A stretch of DNA of 64,000 bases, from contig OY969763.1 of the NCBI GenBank assembly GCA_963702845.1, positions 160,001 to 224,000 on the forward strand. The letters run 5' to 3'. The position numbers were made by a program, and so were the translations under genes. Position 1 is the first letter of the stretch. The number at the start of each line of letters is the position of its first letter. The DNA comes from an uncultured Verrucomicrobiae bacterium (lineage in GTDB: Bacteria > Verrucomicrobiota > Verrucomicrobiia > Limisphaerales > Palsa-1400). Under the pieces are notes generated by a model that had not been told where the DNA came from, searched no databases, and was given only the letters and a program-made list of their open reading frames with translations. Of the stretch, positions 1 through 9,930 are shown piece by piece.

Positions 1-797
1 TGGCAAACGGAACGGACGACATCGAGCGAAGGAAACATCAATGCAAATGGTTTTTCTTCCCGATGTTTGCGGCGGCGCAATGTCAGAATGGCCTCGTGAT
101 TTGCCGCGTCCGCCAGCAAATGAAAACCGCCGATTCCTTTCATTGCCACGATTGCGCCCATCCGAAGCATGTGTGCGGCGAGAGCGAGGGCACGATGGTT
201 CTTTTCTAAAAAGTCGTTGCTGTCGAACAATTCAACATGTGGGCCGCACACCGGACACGCGTTCGGCTGCGCGTGAAACCGGCGATTATTCGGGTCGTGA
301 TATTCGGCCTCACAATCTTCGCACATCGCGAAGGATTTCATCGATGTATTCGCACGATCGTAGGGAAGTGATTCGATGATCGTGAAACGTGGCCCGCAAT
401 TGGTGCAGTTGGTAAATGGATAGAGGTAGCGACGATTTGTTGGATCGAACATTTCGCGCAGGCAATCATCACACGTCGCGATGTCCGGCAAGACTTGCGC
501 GTTTTTAGCTCCGGCAGCGGAACTTTGGTGAATTTCAAATTGCTCAAATCCTACCGGGGCTGCGAATGTGAAATCCAAGGTGCGAATACTCGCGCGCGGC
601 GGTTTGTCAGATTTGAGCCGATTGATGAATAGTTCGACGTTCTGCGTGTCGCCTTCAGCTTCAATGGCTACTCCCTGGCTGGAATTCGAAACGGAGCCAT
701 AAAGGTGTAGTTCGTTAGCGAGCCGAAAAATAAACGGACGGAAACCGACGCCTTGCACGGCGCCGCGCACCATTATCCTGGCTCGCGTGGTGCTCAT
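1..797 (-). CDS. hypF: Carbamoyltransferase HypF, 5' part (runs off the window edge)
   Basis: Manual translation from ATG at 797: acylphosphatase-like 'VRGAVQGVGFRPFIFRLA', then zinc fingers 'CDDC...YPFTNCTNCGPRF' and 'CEDC...RFHAQPNACPVCGP'. Absent from the ORF track because it is open at the edge. Confidence 0.95.
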   Translation of the reverse strand, partial: MSTTRARIMVRGAVQGVGFRPFIFRLANELHLYGSVSNSSQGVAIEAEGDTQNVELFINRLKSDKPPRASIRTLDFTFAAPVGFEQFEIHQSSAAGAKNAQVLPDIATCDDCLREMFDPTNRRYLYPFTNCTNCGPRFTIIESLPYDRANTSMKSFAMCEDCEAEYHDPNNRRFHAQPNACPVCGPHVELFDSNDFLEKNHRALALAAHMLRMGAIVAMKGIGGFHLLADAANHEAILTLRRRKHREEKPFALMFPSLDVVRSVC

Positions 798-1498
798 CTG
801 AATAGGCCTTCGACAAATCCAATTTGGTAAATGAGAAACAAACCAAATCCAACGCTCAGAAAACTTGTCGCGACCCCTAGTCGTCGATTGAACTGGACCG
901 AACGCCGTGCCGTCCACGTGAATGGAACCGAAATCGCTGCGGTGATGAACATCATTCCGACAATCGTGCCGACGCCGAACACCATCAGATATGCAACCGC
1001 CCAGCGCGGATCCTGAATGATTGGTATGACCATTAGCGCCAATGCAGCCGAACCAGCCAAACCATGCACGCACCCCACGAGCAGCGGGCGCAACACCTGG
1101 TAGAACCGCAGATTGCCAAATATTTTGTCGAGACGATTTGTGGTTGGGTCCTCCTGCGGAAAACGTTCGTCGGCGTCGCGGTCTTTTAAATTGCGAAACC
1201 AATTGCGCAGATCTTTGAGATTCAGGAGCCCGAGTATGATGAGCATCACGCCGACGGAAAATTCAAGGGCCAGTCCGGTGCGACGAGGGATGACAACGCC
1301 GAACAATAAAATGGCACTGCCGACCAACATGACCGTAATCGTGTGGCCAATGCCCCACAGACAGCCAATCAACGTTGCGCTGTGCAGTTTGTTTTCGCGA
1401 CTGACGATCGTTGTCACTGCAATGACGTGATCGGCGTCGGTTGCATGACGCATACCCAGAAACAGCCCCAGAACAACGACAGAGAATAATGTGATCAT
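794..1498 (-). CDS. High-affinity nickel/cobalt transporter (NiCoT/UreH-like)
   Basis: 'GMRHATDADH' and 'HGLAGSA' motifs; several hydrophobic segments; lies in a hydrogenase cluster. Confidence 0.9.
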   Translation of the reverse strand: MITLFSVVVLGLFLGMRHATDADHVIAVTTIVSRENKLHSATLIGCLWGIGHTITVMLVGSAILLFGVVIPRRTGLALEFSVGVMLIILGLLNLKDLRNWFRNLKDRDADERFPQEDPTTNRLDKIFGNLRFYQVLRPLLVGCVHGLAGSAALALMVIPIIQDPRWAVAYLMVFGVGTIVGMMFITAAISVPFTWTARRSVQFNRRLGVATSFLSVGFGLFLIYQIGFVEGLFR

Positions 1499-2061
1499 GT
1501 CTTTGTCTCTTCCAGTTCGCCCTGTTCCAATTCCAACGCAATCAAATCCGGGCAGGCTTCGATGACAGCGCGGCGAATCGCTAATTCAAGGGTCACGGCT
1601 GATGACGGACAAGTTTTGCAGGTGCCTTGAAATCGCAGCCGTGCAATTCCATCGTGCACACCGAGCACGTCGATGTTGCCGCCGTGGCTTTTCAAATAAG
1701 GCCGAACAGAATCGAGTGCGCCAAGAAGCCGCTCATCAAGCGATTGCGGGTGCAGATCGTGGACAAGTAACAGGCTGCGCAGTAATTCGTCTTTGAGCAG
1801 ACCTGCCATTACCTTTTCATTGTCACGGCCGATCACCTTCACGATGCGGCCCAGTGCTTCGCCGTAAAGTGTTACGACCGACTGCACTGATTCGGCGGCA
1901 AGTTCGCGCGCGGCCAGATTCGGGATTGAATCCAGTTGCGCAAACAATTCTTCGAGGCGAGAGGCGGCGTCCTTGTGATCGGATTTTCCTCCGTTGTTTT
2001 GCAACGGAACGAAATGAGTCTCCGGCAATTCGGTTGGCGCGATTGATTCAACGGTATTCAT
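1495..2061 (-). CDS. NifU-like Fe-S carrier protein of group 1h hydrogenase clusters
   Basis: 'LLLVHDLHP' followed by a NifU-type domain 'VRPYLKSHGG...GTCKTCPSS'. Confidence 0.88.
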   Translation of the reverse strand: MNTVESIAPTELPETHFVPLQNNGGKSDHKDAASRLEELFAQLDSIPNLAARELAAESVQSVVTLYGEALGRIVKVIGRDNEKVMAGLLKDELLRSLLLVHDLHPQSLDERLLGALDSVRPYLKSHGGNIDVLGVHDGIARLRFQGTCKTCPSSAVTLELAIRRAVIEACPDLIALELEQGELEETKT

Positions 2062-2429
2062 TTGGCAATCCGGATAGTTTTAATGGCACACTCCTCGCCT
2101 TCGCGTGCCTCCACCTGACGGCTGCACTTCGGGCATTGGAGTGTTGGAACGGCAGCAAACGAAAGCGCTCCGTCCCAGTATTTTGGCTTACCGCTGTAGC
2201 CGCAGTGCGAACAGGCGACAGCGGCGTCAACGCGTTCGATCTCCAACTCGGAATTTGCGATCTCAGTGTTCTGCGTGATGGAGCGATAGCAAAAGCTCAG
2301 TTGTTCCGGTTCGACGCACGCTAATTCTCCAATCGCCACTCGCACTACCAAAACCTGTGCGGGTGATTGCTCGCGACAAAAAGCCAGCACGTTATCGACG
2401 ATCGAGCAGGCGATGGAGAATTCGTGCAT
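2058..2429 (-). CDS. hypA: Hydrogenase nickel metallochaperone HypA
   Basis: N-terminal MHE motif and two CxxC pairs (CSHC, CPKC). Confidence 0.95.
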   Translation of the reverse strand: MHEFSIACSIVDNVLAFCREQSPAQVLVVRVAIGELACVEPEQLSFCYRSITQNTEIANSELEIERVDAAVACSHCGYSGKPKYWDGALSFAAVPTLQCPKCSRQVEAREGEECAIKTIRIAK

Positions 2430-2432
2430 GGA

Positions 2433-3107
2433 TCACAACGCGAGCAACGCGGTCGCGAGTTCGTCAATGCCCTGACCGGTCTTGCAACTTGTATGGATGA
2501 CTTTGATGTCCGGCTTCAGTTTGTGAACGTCGAGTGTCAGTGCTCCGGGGCTCACGTCCATCGCCTGCGCCAAATCGATCTTATTGATGACGACGATGCT
2601 CGCGCCGAGGAACATGTGCGGATGTTTCTTCACCATCCACGGACCTTCCGTCACGCTCACGACCACGACACGGGCTTTCGAGCCGAGCGGAAATTCCGCC
2701 GGGCAAATCAAGTTGCCGATGTTCTCGATGAGAATGAGACTGGTTTTCTGCAGGTCGATTTGTTTGATCGCCTTCGTGACAAGGTTGGCGTCGAGATGAC
2801 AGCCATTCACCGTCGCAATCTGCACAATCGGCACGCCTTGTTTGTGAATCTGCTCGGCGTCTTCCGTTGTCGTTGCGTCCCCATTGAAAACGGCAACACC
2901 GAGTTTGGATTTCAGTCGTTCGACCAAACGCGTTATGAGCGTGGTTTTGCCGGAGCCAATCGCGCCCATGAAATCGATCGCCGTCGTGCCGTGGCGATCA
3001 AGCATGCCGCGATTTTCGTCGGCAATTTTTGCGTTCGCCTGAAGCAGACTGTGCTCGAGCTCGATATCATACGTTTCAGCCGGAGAGGCCTGGATTGTCG
3101 GAATCAT
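2433..3107 (-). CDS. hypB: Hydrogenase nickel incorporation GTPase HypB
   Basis: GSGKTT P-loop, GCHLDA, ENIGNLICPAEF and NKID motifs. Confidence 0.95.
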   Translation of the reverse strand: MIPTIQASPAETYDIELEHSLLQANAKIADENRGMLDRHGTTAIDFMGAIGSGKTTLITRLVERLKSKLGVAVFNGDATTTEDAEQIHKQGVPIVQIATVNGCHLDANLVTKAIKQIDLQKTSLILIENIGNLICPAEFPLGSKARVVVVSVTEGPWMVKKHPHMFLGASIVVINKIDLAQAMDVSPGALTLDVHKLKPDIKVIHTSCKTGQGIDELATALLAL

Positions 3108-3139
3108 AGTATTACTAGTCCTTCATTCATTGTTGTTGG

Positions 3140-4963
3140 TCATGAACCACGTTTGGCCATGCCGAGTAGTGCTGTCGGGGTGTGTAGTTGTTTGAGGACT
3201 TTGCCGGGGCCGAGATACATGTGAACGCCGCAAGGCAGGCACGGATCGAAACTGCGCACCGCGCGCATGATGTCGATGCCCTTGAAGTTGTCCGGTCCGT
3301 TCTCTTCGAAAATCGGCGTGTTTTGCACGGCGTCTTCGTACGGCCCAGGAGTTCCGTACATGTCGCGCGGGCTGGCGTTCCACGGCGTAGGCGGATACGG
3401 ATGATAATTTGCAATCTTACCCTTTCGAATCACGAGGTGATGCGACAGGACACCGCGAACGGCTTCGTGGAAACCGCACCCAATCGCTTCGTCGGGTACT
3501 TTAAACGGCGTGAACGTTTGCGTGCGACCGGCGCGAACTTCGTCCATCGCCTTTTCAACACAATACATTGCGATGCCAGCGGCATACGCCTGGAAGTACG
3601 TGCGCGCGCGATTACGTTCGATGGCGTTGCTCCATTTCGGAATGCGCCAGACGAATTCCGCTTCGGGCTTTAACATCGTTTTTGGTAATCGAATGCGCAC
3701 GCTTCCGTCGCCGGGCGCTTTGACATAGCCGCAGTCCACCATACCGGAGAGCGCCGTTGACCAGAGCCGCGCAATCGGACCGCCTCCAGTATCGAGTGCC
3801 AGATGGTCGCCGGTCCGTTTGTCGAACCAGCGCGGCGACATCACCCAGGTGTATTTGTCATCGAAGTTGCGCTTCTGCGGTTTTGGAATGGTGGTTTGAT
3901 TCCACGGATGCCGTTTGTCCACTGGATTGCCAAGTGGATCACGACTAACGAACATTTCTCCGGTGCCATTCTCGGCCCAATCGTCATAGAACGACGACCC
4001 CAGCAAAATGCGAATTCCCAGGTTGATATCCACCAGGTTGTTCGTGACTAATTTGCCATCCACGATAATTCCCGGCGTGACAAACATCGCTTTGCCCCAG
4101 TTATCCATGTGTTCGTATTTGTAATCGCAAACATCTGGATCCTGCCACGAACCCCAACAACCCATCAGGACCCGGCGTTGGCCGACCTTCTCGTAACCCG
4201 GCAGCGCTTCATAGAAAAAGTTGAACAGATCGTCGTGCAACGGCACAGCCTTCTTCATGAACTCGCAATACTTCATCAAACGCACCAGATAATCGGTGAA
4301 CACTTGAATCGAAGGCACCGTGCCCACGCCGCCCGGGTAGATGGTGGACGGATGCACGTGTCGACCTTCCATCAGACAGAACATCTCACGCGTGAGCCGG
4401 CTCATCTGCAGAGCTTCGCGATAGAACTCCCCTTCGAACGGGTTAAGCGCCGTCATGATCGCGCCGATCGTGCGGTAACCGTGGTCCTTCGCGTTTGGCG
4501 CTTCGGTTCGCTGCGCTCTGTCCCAGACACCCGGGTTGGTTTCCTTCACCATCATTTCGCAGTAATCCACGCCCACCAGATTTTCCTGGAAGATGCAATG
4601 ATCGAACATGTATTCGGCCGCTTCACCGAGGTTAAGAATCCATTCGGCTAGTGGCGGGTTTTTGATCCCGTAAGCCATGTTCTGCGCGTAAACTGAACAG
4701 GTCGCGTGATTGTCCCCGCAAATTCCACAGATACGGCTCGTGATGAAATGCGCATCACGCGGATCTTTGTTCTGCATGAAGATGCTGTAGCCACGAAAGA
4801 CTGAAGATGTGCTGTAGCACTCCGTGACTTGTTTGTTCGAAAAATCGATTTTCGTGTAGATGCCCAGGCTGCCGACAATGCGAGTGATGGGATCCCATGA
4901 CATCTCAACGATGTTGCCGCGCTGTTCAGCTTTTTTTTCACGAGTGGCGGTTAACGTTTCCAT
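3140..4963 (-). CDS. hhyL: Group 1h [NiFe]-hydrogenase large subunit
   Basis: L1 'SRICGICGDNH', L2 'SFDPCLPCGVH' and N-terminal 'WDPITRIVGSLG', all typical of group 1h (former group 5). Confidence 0.95.
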   Translation of the reverse strand: METLTATREKKAEQRGNIVEMSWDPITRIVGSLGIYTKIDFSNKQVTECYSTSSVFRGYSIFMQNKDPRDAHFITSRICGICGDNHATCSVYAQNMAYGIKNPPLAEWILNLGEAAEYMFDHCIFQENLVGVDYCEMMVKETNPGVWDRAQRTEAPNAKDHGYRTIGAIMTALNPFEGEFYREALQMSRLTREMFCLMEGRHVHPSTIYPGGVGTVPSIQVFTDYLVRLMKYCEFMKKAVPLHDDLFNFFYEALPGYEKVGQRRVLMGCWGSWQDPDVCDYKYEHMDNWGKAMFVTPGIIVDGKLVTNNLVDINLGIRILLGSSFYDDWAENGTGEMFVSRDPLGNPVDKRHPWNQTTIPKPQKRNFDDKYTWVMSPRWFDKRTGDHLALDTGGGPIARLWSTALSGMVDCGYVKAPGDGSVRIRLPKTMLKPEAEFVWRIPKWSNAIERNRARTYFQAYAAGIAMYCVEKAMDEVRAGRTQTFTPFKVPDEAIGCGFHEAVRGVLSHHLVIRKGKIANYHPYPPTPWNASPRDMYGTPGPYEDAVQNTPIFEENGPDNFKGIDIMRAVRSFDPCLPCGVHMYLGPGKVLKQLHTPTALLGMAKRGS

Positions 4964-4974
4964 AAAGCATCTCC

Positions 4975-6114
4975 TTATTTGCGTTTGAACACTTCCTCGG
5001 TTGAACGGATGTGGCCACGTGAATGATGTGTGCCATCACCGTTACTGCTGCCATTTGCTTCGCCGTAATACTTGGGATGGTATCCGCTAGTGAGCACTGG
5101 TTCGGTGTTGCGCCATTTGGGTTCTTTGTTGACCGCTTTGTTCGTGATGGCGCGGAGTGAGCGGATCAGTTTTCCATACGAGCCCACCATCATGCTCGAG
5201 AATGTCGCGCCCGGCGGTTCGTCCATGAAAGGCATAAACTTGTCCGGGAAACCAGGCATCGTGCACGCAATGCAAATACCGCCGACATTCGGGCAGCCGC
5301 CGATGCCGCTCATCCAACCGCGTTTGGTCACATTGCAATTCACTACCGGACCCCAGCAGCCGATTTTCACGAGGCATTTCGGTGAACCATATTCGTGGGC
5401 GAAGTCGCCTTGTTCGTAATAAGAACCGCGATCGCAACCTTCATGAACTGTTTTGCCGAACAGCCAGGTCGGTCGCAATTTGTCATCGAGTGGAATTACG
5501 GGCGCCATTCCTGCGAGCATGTAGAGGACGTAAAGCAGCGTCTCCATCATATTGTCCGGTTGCACGGGACAACCGGGAACGTTCACGATCGGCAGGCCTG
5601 CTTTCGAGCGCCAATCCCAGCCAAGATAATCCGCGACACCCATGCAGCCCGTTGGATTTCCTTCCATGGCGTGAATGCCGCCGTAAGTCGCACAGGTCCC
5701 TGCAGCCACGACCGCCAACGCCTTGGGCGCGAGCTTATCAATCCATGTGTTGAGAGTAATCGGCTGACCCGTCACAGGATCAGTGCCAATCGCGGCCCAA
5801 TACCCTTCCTCTTTGATATCTTCGTTCGGAATCGAGCCTTCGATTACGAGAATGAAATTATCGAGTTTCCCTTCGGCCGCCTCGAACCAAGGCTTCATGT
5901 AATCGAGTCCGTTTTCGGGCGCGAGCACACGATTGTGGAGATGCACCTTAGGAAGACCGGGAATTGTGCCCATGATTAAATCTTCAATGCTGGGTTGTTG
6001 GGCGGCGGTTATCGAAACCGTATCGCCGTCGCAACTCAGACCATCAGGGGTCCAGAGAATATGAACTTCTTTGACCGGCGGAATATTATCAGCAGCAATT
6101 TTTGGTGTCTTCAT
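4975..6114 (-). CDS. hhyS: Group 1h [NiFe]-hydrogenase small subunit
   Basis: 'GLSCDGD', 'GTCATYGGIH', 'PGCPVQPDN' and 'GCWGPVVNC...GGICIACTMPGFPD'; no Tat signal peptide. Confidence 0.95.
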   Translation of the reverse strand: MKTPKIAADNIPPVKEVHILWTPDGLSCDGDTVSITAAQQPSIEDLIMGTIPGLPKVHLHNRVLAPENGLDYMKPWFEAAEGKLDNFILVIEGSIPNEDIKEEGYWAAIGTDPVTGQPITLNTWIDKLAPKALAVVAAGTCATYGGIHAMEGNPTGCMGVADYLGWDWRSKAGLPIVNVPGCPVQPDNMMETLLYVLYMLAGMAPVIPLDDKLRPTWLFGKTVHEGCDRGSYYEQGDFAHEYGSPKCLVKIGCWGPVVNCNVTKRGWMSGIGGCPNVGGICIACTMPGFPDKFMPFMDEPPGATFSSMMVGSYGKLIRSLRAITNKAVNKEPKWRNTEPVLTSGYHPKYYGEANGSSNGDGTHHSRGHIRSTEEVFKRK

Positions 6115-6138
6115 GGGTGCACTCCCTTCATAAAAAAT

Positions 6139-6264
6139 TTACATACGCATCAGTTTCAGTTCCCGTCGCATCGACGGCAGTTCGCGCACGAACATCATCG
6201 CCGCACCCAACGCCGCTAATCCTCCGACAACCCACCATGCTCTGACTGCATTTCTTGCTCTCAT
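6139..6264 (-). CDS. 41-aa single-TM small protein of the hydrogenase cluster
   Basis: Manual translation MRARNAVRAWWVVGGLAALGAAMMFVRELPSMRRELKLMRM*; AAAGGAG RBS upstream; fills the gap between the protease and hhyS; below the ORF-track length cutoff. Confidence 0.75.
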   Translation of the reverse strand: MRARNAVRAWWVVGGLAALGAAMMFVRELPSMRRELKLMRM

Positions 6265-6274
6265 AATTCTCCTT

Positions 6275-6787
6275 TCAACCCGCCGTTAGGCAGGCATTTG
6301 GTTCCTGGTTCACTGACAATAGATTGGTAACGATCGATTCGATTTCTTCAATGGCTCGCGGAATCGCCGCGCGCACAGGCTCGCTCAAACCCAGTTCCTC
6401 TGATTCCAAAACCGCTGGCTCGCACGCGACCAACAGCAATTTGTCGGGCAGGGGACCCAAGGATTGAGCCAATTGCAAAACGCTGACTGGATTGAGGCTG
6501 TGCGCGTCAGGGGTTGTATTTTCAAACTCGTTAAGTCGAGTAAGATCGGGTTCGATCACTGCAATCGTCCCCGGCGACTCACCGCGTGCCATCGCATCGA
6601 CAAGAATTACCGCATCGAAGCCGTCTGTGAATGCGTACGCTAAATCGTAGCTGCGAATCCCGAAGTCGATCACGCGAACCCGTTCCGGTAAAGGCCTGTG
6701 CGCCAGTTGCTGTGCGACTTCACAGCCAAATCCGTCGTCGCCAAAAAAAATGTTCCCGATGCCGGCGATGAGAATTCGCGGTGTCAT
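6275..6787 (-). CDS. Hydrogenase maturation protease (HupD/HyaD family)
   Basis: 'GIGNIFFGDDGFG', 'LVDA' and 'DAHS' motifs. Confidence 0.93.
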   Translation of the reverse strand: MTPRILIAGIGNIFFGDDGFGCEVAQQLAHRPLPERVRVIDFGIRSYDLAYAFTDGFDAVILVDAMARGESPGTIAVIEPDLTRLNEFENTTPDAHSLNPVSVLQLAQSLGPLPDKLLLVACEPAVLESEELGLSEPVRAAIPRAIEEIESIVTNLLSVNQEPNACLTAG

Positions 6788-8139
6788 GCTTTCTCCTTCA
6801 CCGCTTCCACCTCATCCACTGTGTAGAAAAAACGGTGTCCCGGTTGCCGCAACATTCCCAGGTCCTTCCCCGGATCATCCTGCACCACCAGCGCGAGATG
6901 CACCCGCGCTTCGGCGTCCTCTTCCACCGCTTCAATAATCGCGATCTTGCCATCCAGCGCGATATCCATGATATCGGCGCGCGCTTTCGGACGGATGCGC
7001 ACGCGATCGCCCGGCTTAAGAAAAGCGCCGTCGATATTGACGCCCTCCCGTCGCTGATTGGTTCCAAAAATCTGTTCTTCCAAAGGCCGAACGCCGCGCA
7101 GCGTCCCGTGCATCTTTAGAAAATCCTCGCCGCTCAAATTTTCGGCGCGCTCGAGCAACTGGCGCGCGGCCGCGTCGACGTTGCGCATTTCGCGCTTCTC
7201 CTCGTCCGTCATCGTGAGAATGCGCAGGTTCAGGATTTCGTCGATTTCAGTTCCGTCAAACAATGGGCCGGCACTCTCCGGTGCGATCTTTGGCCAGTCG
7301 TACAAAATAATCGGTGATGCGAGCATCGTTCGTCGATCGGAGGATTTCTCATCGCCAACAAGGACGGGCCAAACACCGATGTTTCGGCAGTCTTCGGCGA
7401 GACCCTGAAATTCCTCATCCGGTTCGAGCAGTGACACGAATGCACCTTCGTCCAGAGAGAGAACTATGTGGCTGGACGCAAACGTCCTTTCAATGATGGC
7501 GTTCTGATCCGACATATCCCCCGACTCCATCGGAGTCTCATTAATAACCCGCACCGTCACTTTCGTGCAGTTCGGCGCTGGTTCGGTTTCGATATCAATC
7601 TTTCCTTTGATCGCGCATTGTTGACGCAAAATAACGGCGGGAATTTGTCCCTGATCATTTCGTATCGACTCAACAATTCGAGACGGTGGAAATTCGAATT
7701 CAATCGACTTTCGGTGCGTCGCGTTCGATTCCAGCACGGCGTCGGTAACCATGATCTCGCGTTCAACCGCTTCATGCCACGATTGGAACAAACGGCCGTC
7801 CACCTCCACTTTCGGCACGACGTTGAACGCTGGTTCTTTATCTGCGGACCAGTTTGTCACCGGCGATGTCAACACGCCAATCTCCCGGCGCATCGGATGC
7901 AAAAAACGGACACAAACATTGAGTGAGCCGGGCATCCTGTCAGGCGTTTTGACCAGCACCTGCGCTTGCATCATCGACGGCTCAACCCCTCCTTGCGCAG
8001 CGCCGTAATCAGTTGGGTAAACGCGTCCGAAAGTAAATCGCTCGCGCTGGTTTTTCGAAGAAGAGGGGCGATACGGATACAAAATATATCCTTCGTAAAG
8101 AACGGCATTGATGATTTGCTCTAAGGAGGAGTTGTTCAT
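6784..8139 (-). CDS. Conserved group 1h hydrogenase-associated protein
   Basis: 'AVLYEGYILYPYR', 'SPIILYDWP.IAPES...FDGTEIDEILNLRILTMTDEEK'; translationally coupled to its neighbours. Confidence 0.8.
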   Translation of the reverse strand: MNNSSLEQIINAVLYEGYILYPYRPSSSKNQRERFTFGRVYPTDYGAAQGGVEPSMMQAQVLVKTPDRMPGSLNVCVRFLHPMRREIGVLTSPVTNWSADKEPAFNVVPKVEVDGRLFQSWHEAVEREIMVTDAVLESNATHRKSIEFEFPPSRIVESIRNDQGQIPAVILRQQCAIKGKIDIETEPAPNCTKVTVRVINETPMESGDMSDQNAIIERTFASSHIVLSLDEGAFVSLLEPDEEFQGLAEDCRNIGVWPVLVGDEKSSDRRTMLASPIILYDWPKIAPESAGPLFDGTEIDEILNLRILTMTDEEKREMRNVDAAARQLLERAENLSGEDFLKMHGTLRGVRPLEEQIFGTNQRREGVNIDGAFLKPGDRVRIRPKARADIMDIALDGKIAIIEAVEEDAEARVHLALVVQDDPGKDLGMLRQPGHRFFYTVDEVEAVKEKA

Positions 8140-8813
8140 GCGGGCACCTCCTGCAATTGCGAATCACCGGCTGCAACGCGTGGAGTCGCCCGTTGCAGCA
8201 GCGAATCGATCGTCTGCTCCCAATTCAAAAACGCTCCGCGTCGCTTGAATTCATACAGCCGATCAAAAACTTCGCGCTCCAAGTAGAACCACGCGCTGTT
8301 CGGATAGTGTTGGTCCATCAGGCTGCGCCAGGTGCTCACCGGCATCTGATAAACGCATTCGCTGTCCCACGAAATCGGTTCCACCTTCAACTGCCCTTCA
8401 GCTTCGTAAAAGACCGATCCGTTAAACAAAAACAGCAACGGCACATTTCCCTGCTCAAGCGCATATATATACTTCGTGGCCGCGATGTTCAGGTCGAACG
8501 TGCACGGCACTTGCAAAACCCCGTTCGCCTTTCCCCGAAAAGCGCACACCGTGGTGTTCGCTTGAGACCACAAGCGATTCCGCAAACTCTGCCCCCACAT
8601 TTCCGGCGGCCCAAACAGCTCGATCAGCTTTTCCTTTTCGGGGCCGCTGTAAGTCCGTTGCGGACATTGAAATTGAATCTGCGCACTGAGCAGCACTGCC
8701 TGGATGCATTCGTCGGCAGGCGAGTTGGTAACCTCCACTTTGAACCCGAGCAACGGGGCCAACCCTCGAGTGGTGGGCTCGACACCGGTGATCTGGAATT
8801 TTAAGTCAGGCAC
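8136..8813 (-). CDS. DUF6084-like hydrogenase-associated protein
   Basis: 'ELFGPPEMWG.SLR.RLW' and 'VPCTFDLNIAATKY'; likely GTG start at 8813 overlapping the upstream stop. Confidence 0.75.
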   Translation of the reverse strand: MPDLKFQITGVEPTTRGLAPLLGFKVEVTNSPADECIQAVLLSAQIQFQCPQRTYSGPEKEKLIELFGPPEMWGQSLRNRLWSQANTTVCAFRGKANGVLQVPCTFDLNIAATKYIYALEQGNVPLLFLFNGSVFYEAEGQLKVEPISWDSECVYQMPVSTWRSLMDQHYPNSAWFYLEREVFDRLYEFKRRGAFLNWEQTIDSLLQRATPRVAAGDSQLQEVPA

Positions 8814-9480
8814 AAACCTCCGTTGGTGCTGGCGTCGTCCGTCCCTCTTCAGGCGCGCTTCGCAGTTCCACACTTGTCTCCTTTAAACGCGTAAAAAATT
8901 CCTCGATTCCCTGCCACACCAGGTCGCCGCCGCTGAACCCGCGCCAACGCACCCGAATCAATCCTACCAACTCAAAGCACACATCGATGGGTGCGAGGTA
9001 ATACTCTCGCGCGTCATTCAGTCGATTGACCAGCAGCGCTTCCACGTCGCCCAGCATTTCCGCGAGAACCGGATTTTCACTCACCACGTTTTCCCAACTC
9101 GAAATCGGCAACAACGATTCCGTCGCTCCACCCGGGCTCGGGTAAAGTGCGACCACTTTGTTGGCCAAACTATCCCGATAAAAGAAGGCAAGCTGTATAG
9201 GCAGGGAAAAACTCTCCCATTGCACGTCGCTCATCCGTAAGTCCGGTAATCGGCGCGTGTCTCTGGGAACCAACTTGAACTTGCCAACGACGTTATCAAA
9301 CCGCAACGCGCACGCGTCACAGGCACAGATAATCTTGCGAGTCCCGTTCTCCAGCAAATGGCGGTGCTGTGGTGCAAGTGGCACACTACAAAAATCACAC
9401 TCTTCGACGGCCACTGCGGGACGCGGTCGCGCATAGCGCCGCAGGGCTTCAAGAGGATTGGTTTGTACAGCACCGTTCAC
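8806..9480 (-). CDS. DUF5947-like hydrogenase-associated protein
   Basis: 'CDFC...HRHL...CACDAC' and 'YPSPGGATESLL'; start moved to the GTG at 9480. Confidence 0.78.
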   Translation of the reverse strand: MNGAVQTNPLEALRRYARPRPAVAVEECDFCSVPLAPQHRHLLENGTRKIICACDACALRFDNVVGKFKLVPRDTRRLPDLRMSDVQWESFSLPIQLAFFYRDSLANKVVALYPSPGGATESLLPISSWENVVSENPVLAEMLGDVEALLVNRLNDAREYYLAPIDVCFELVGLIRVRWRGFSGGDLVWQGIEEFFTRLKETSVELRSAPEEGRTTPAPTEVCA

Positions 9481-9499
9481 ATTCGTAAACGTAGCGAAG

Positions 9500-9700
9500 T
9501 TAGGCCGGCGGAATTTCCGGCATGATCGGCAGAATGGGCGCGCGGTCCTTGGCGTTGATGCTCGTCGAATCTCTCGCGCTGCGATACATATCTTTTCCAC
9601 GACCTGGTTCGCGTCCGAGGTCAAACACAGCCTCTTCACCCTTGTGCATCCCTTCGACGTGTACGGGCTTCGGCGGATCTTTCGTCAAAAACTTCGGCAT
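9500..9700 (-). CDS. 66-aa small protein, first gene of the hydrogenase operon
   Basis: GGAGG RBS; C-terminus 'RDSTSINAKDRAPILPIMPEIPPA' resembles small proteins I recall from group 1h clusters. Confidence 0.7.
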   Translation of the reverse strand: MPKFLTKDPPKPVHVEGMHKGEEAVFDLGREPGRGKDMYRSARDSTSINAKDRAPILPIMPEIPPA

Positions 9701-9930
9701 AGTGTGGCCTCCATCTGAATTGGTGAATTACGTATCTAGATTGAGTTTCGACCACCTGACTCTGACCAACAATCGGGGCACGACCGTTCCTCTGGATTAG
9801 GGATGTGCTTACACAGCGTAGTACTTTCTAATGCCGCAGCAGCCCGCTCCACGCCGTTCCCAGCCGGTGACTTTATTTATGCAAACTTGAGCCTGTTAAA
9901 ATTTCGGCCCTTACTCTAAGTTCCTCGCCC

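Noticed and set aside
9880..9894. Sigma54 promoter for the hydrogenase operon (AGGCTCAAGTTTGCA, minus strand)
   Set aside because: The GG-to-GC spacing is 9 nt instead of the required 10.
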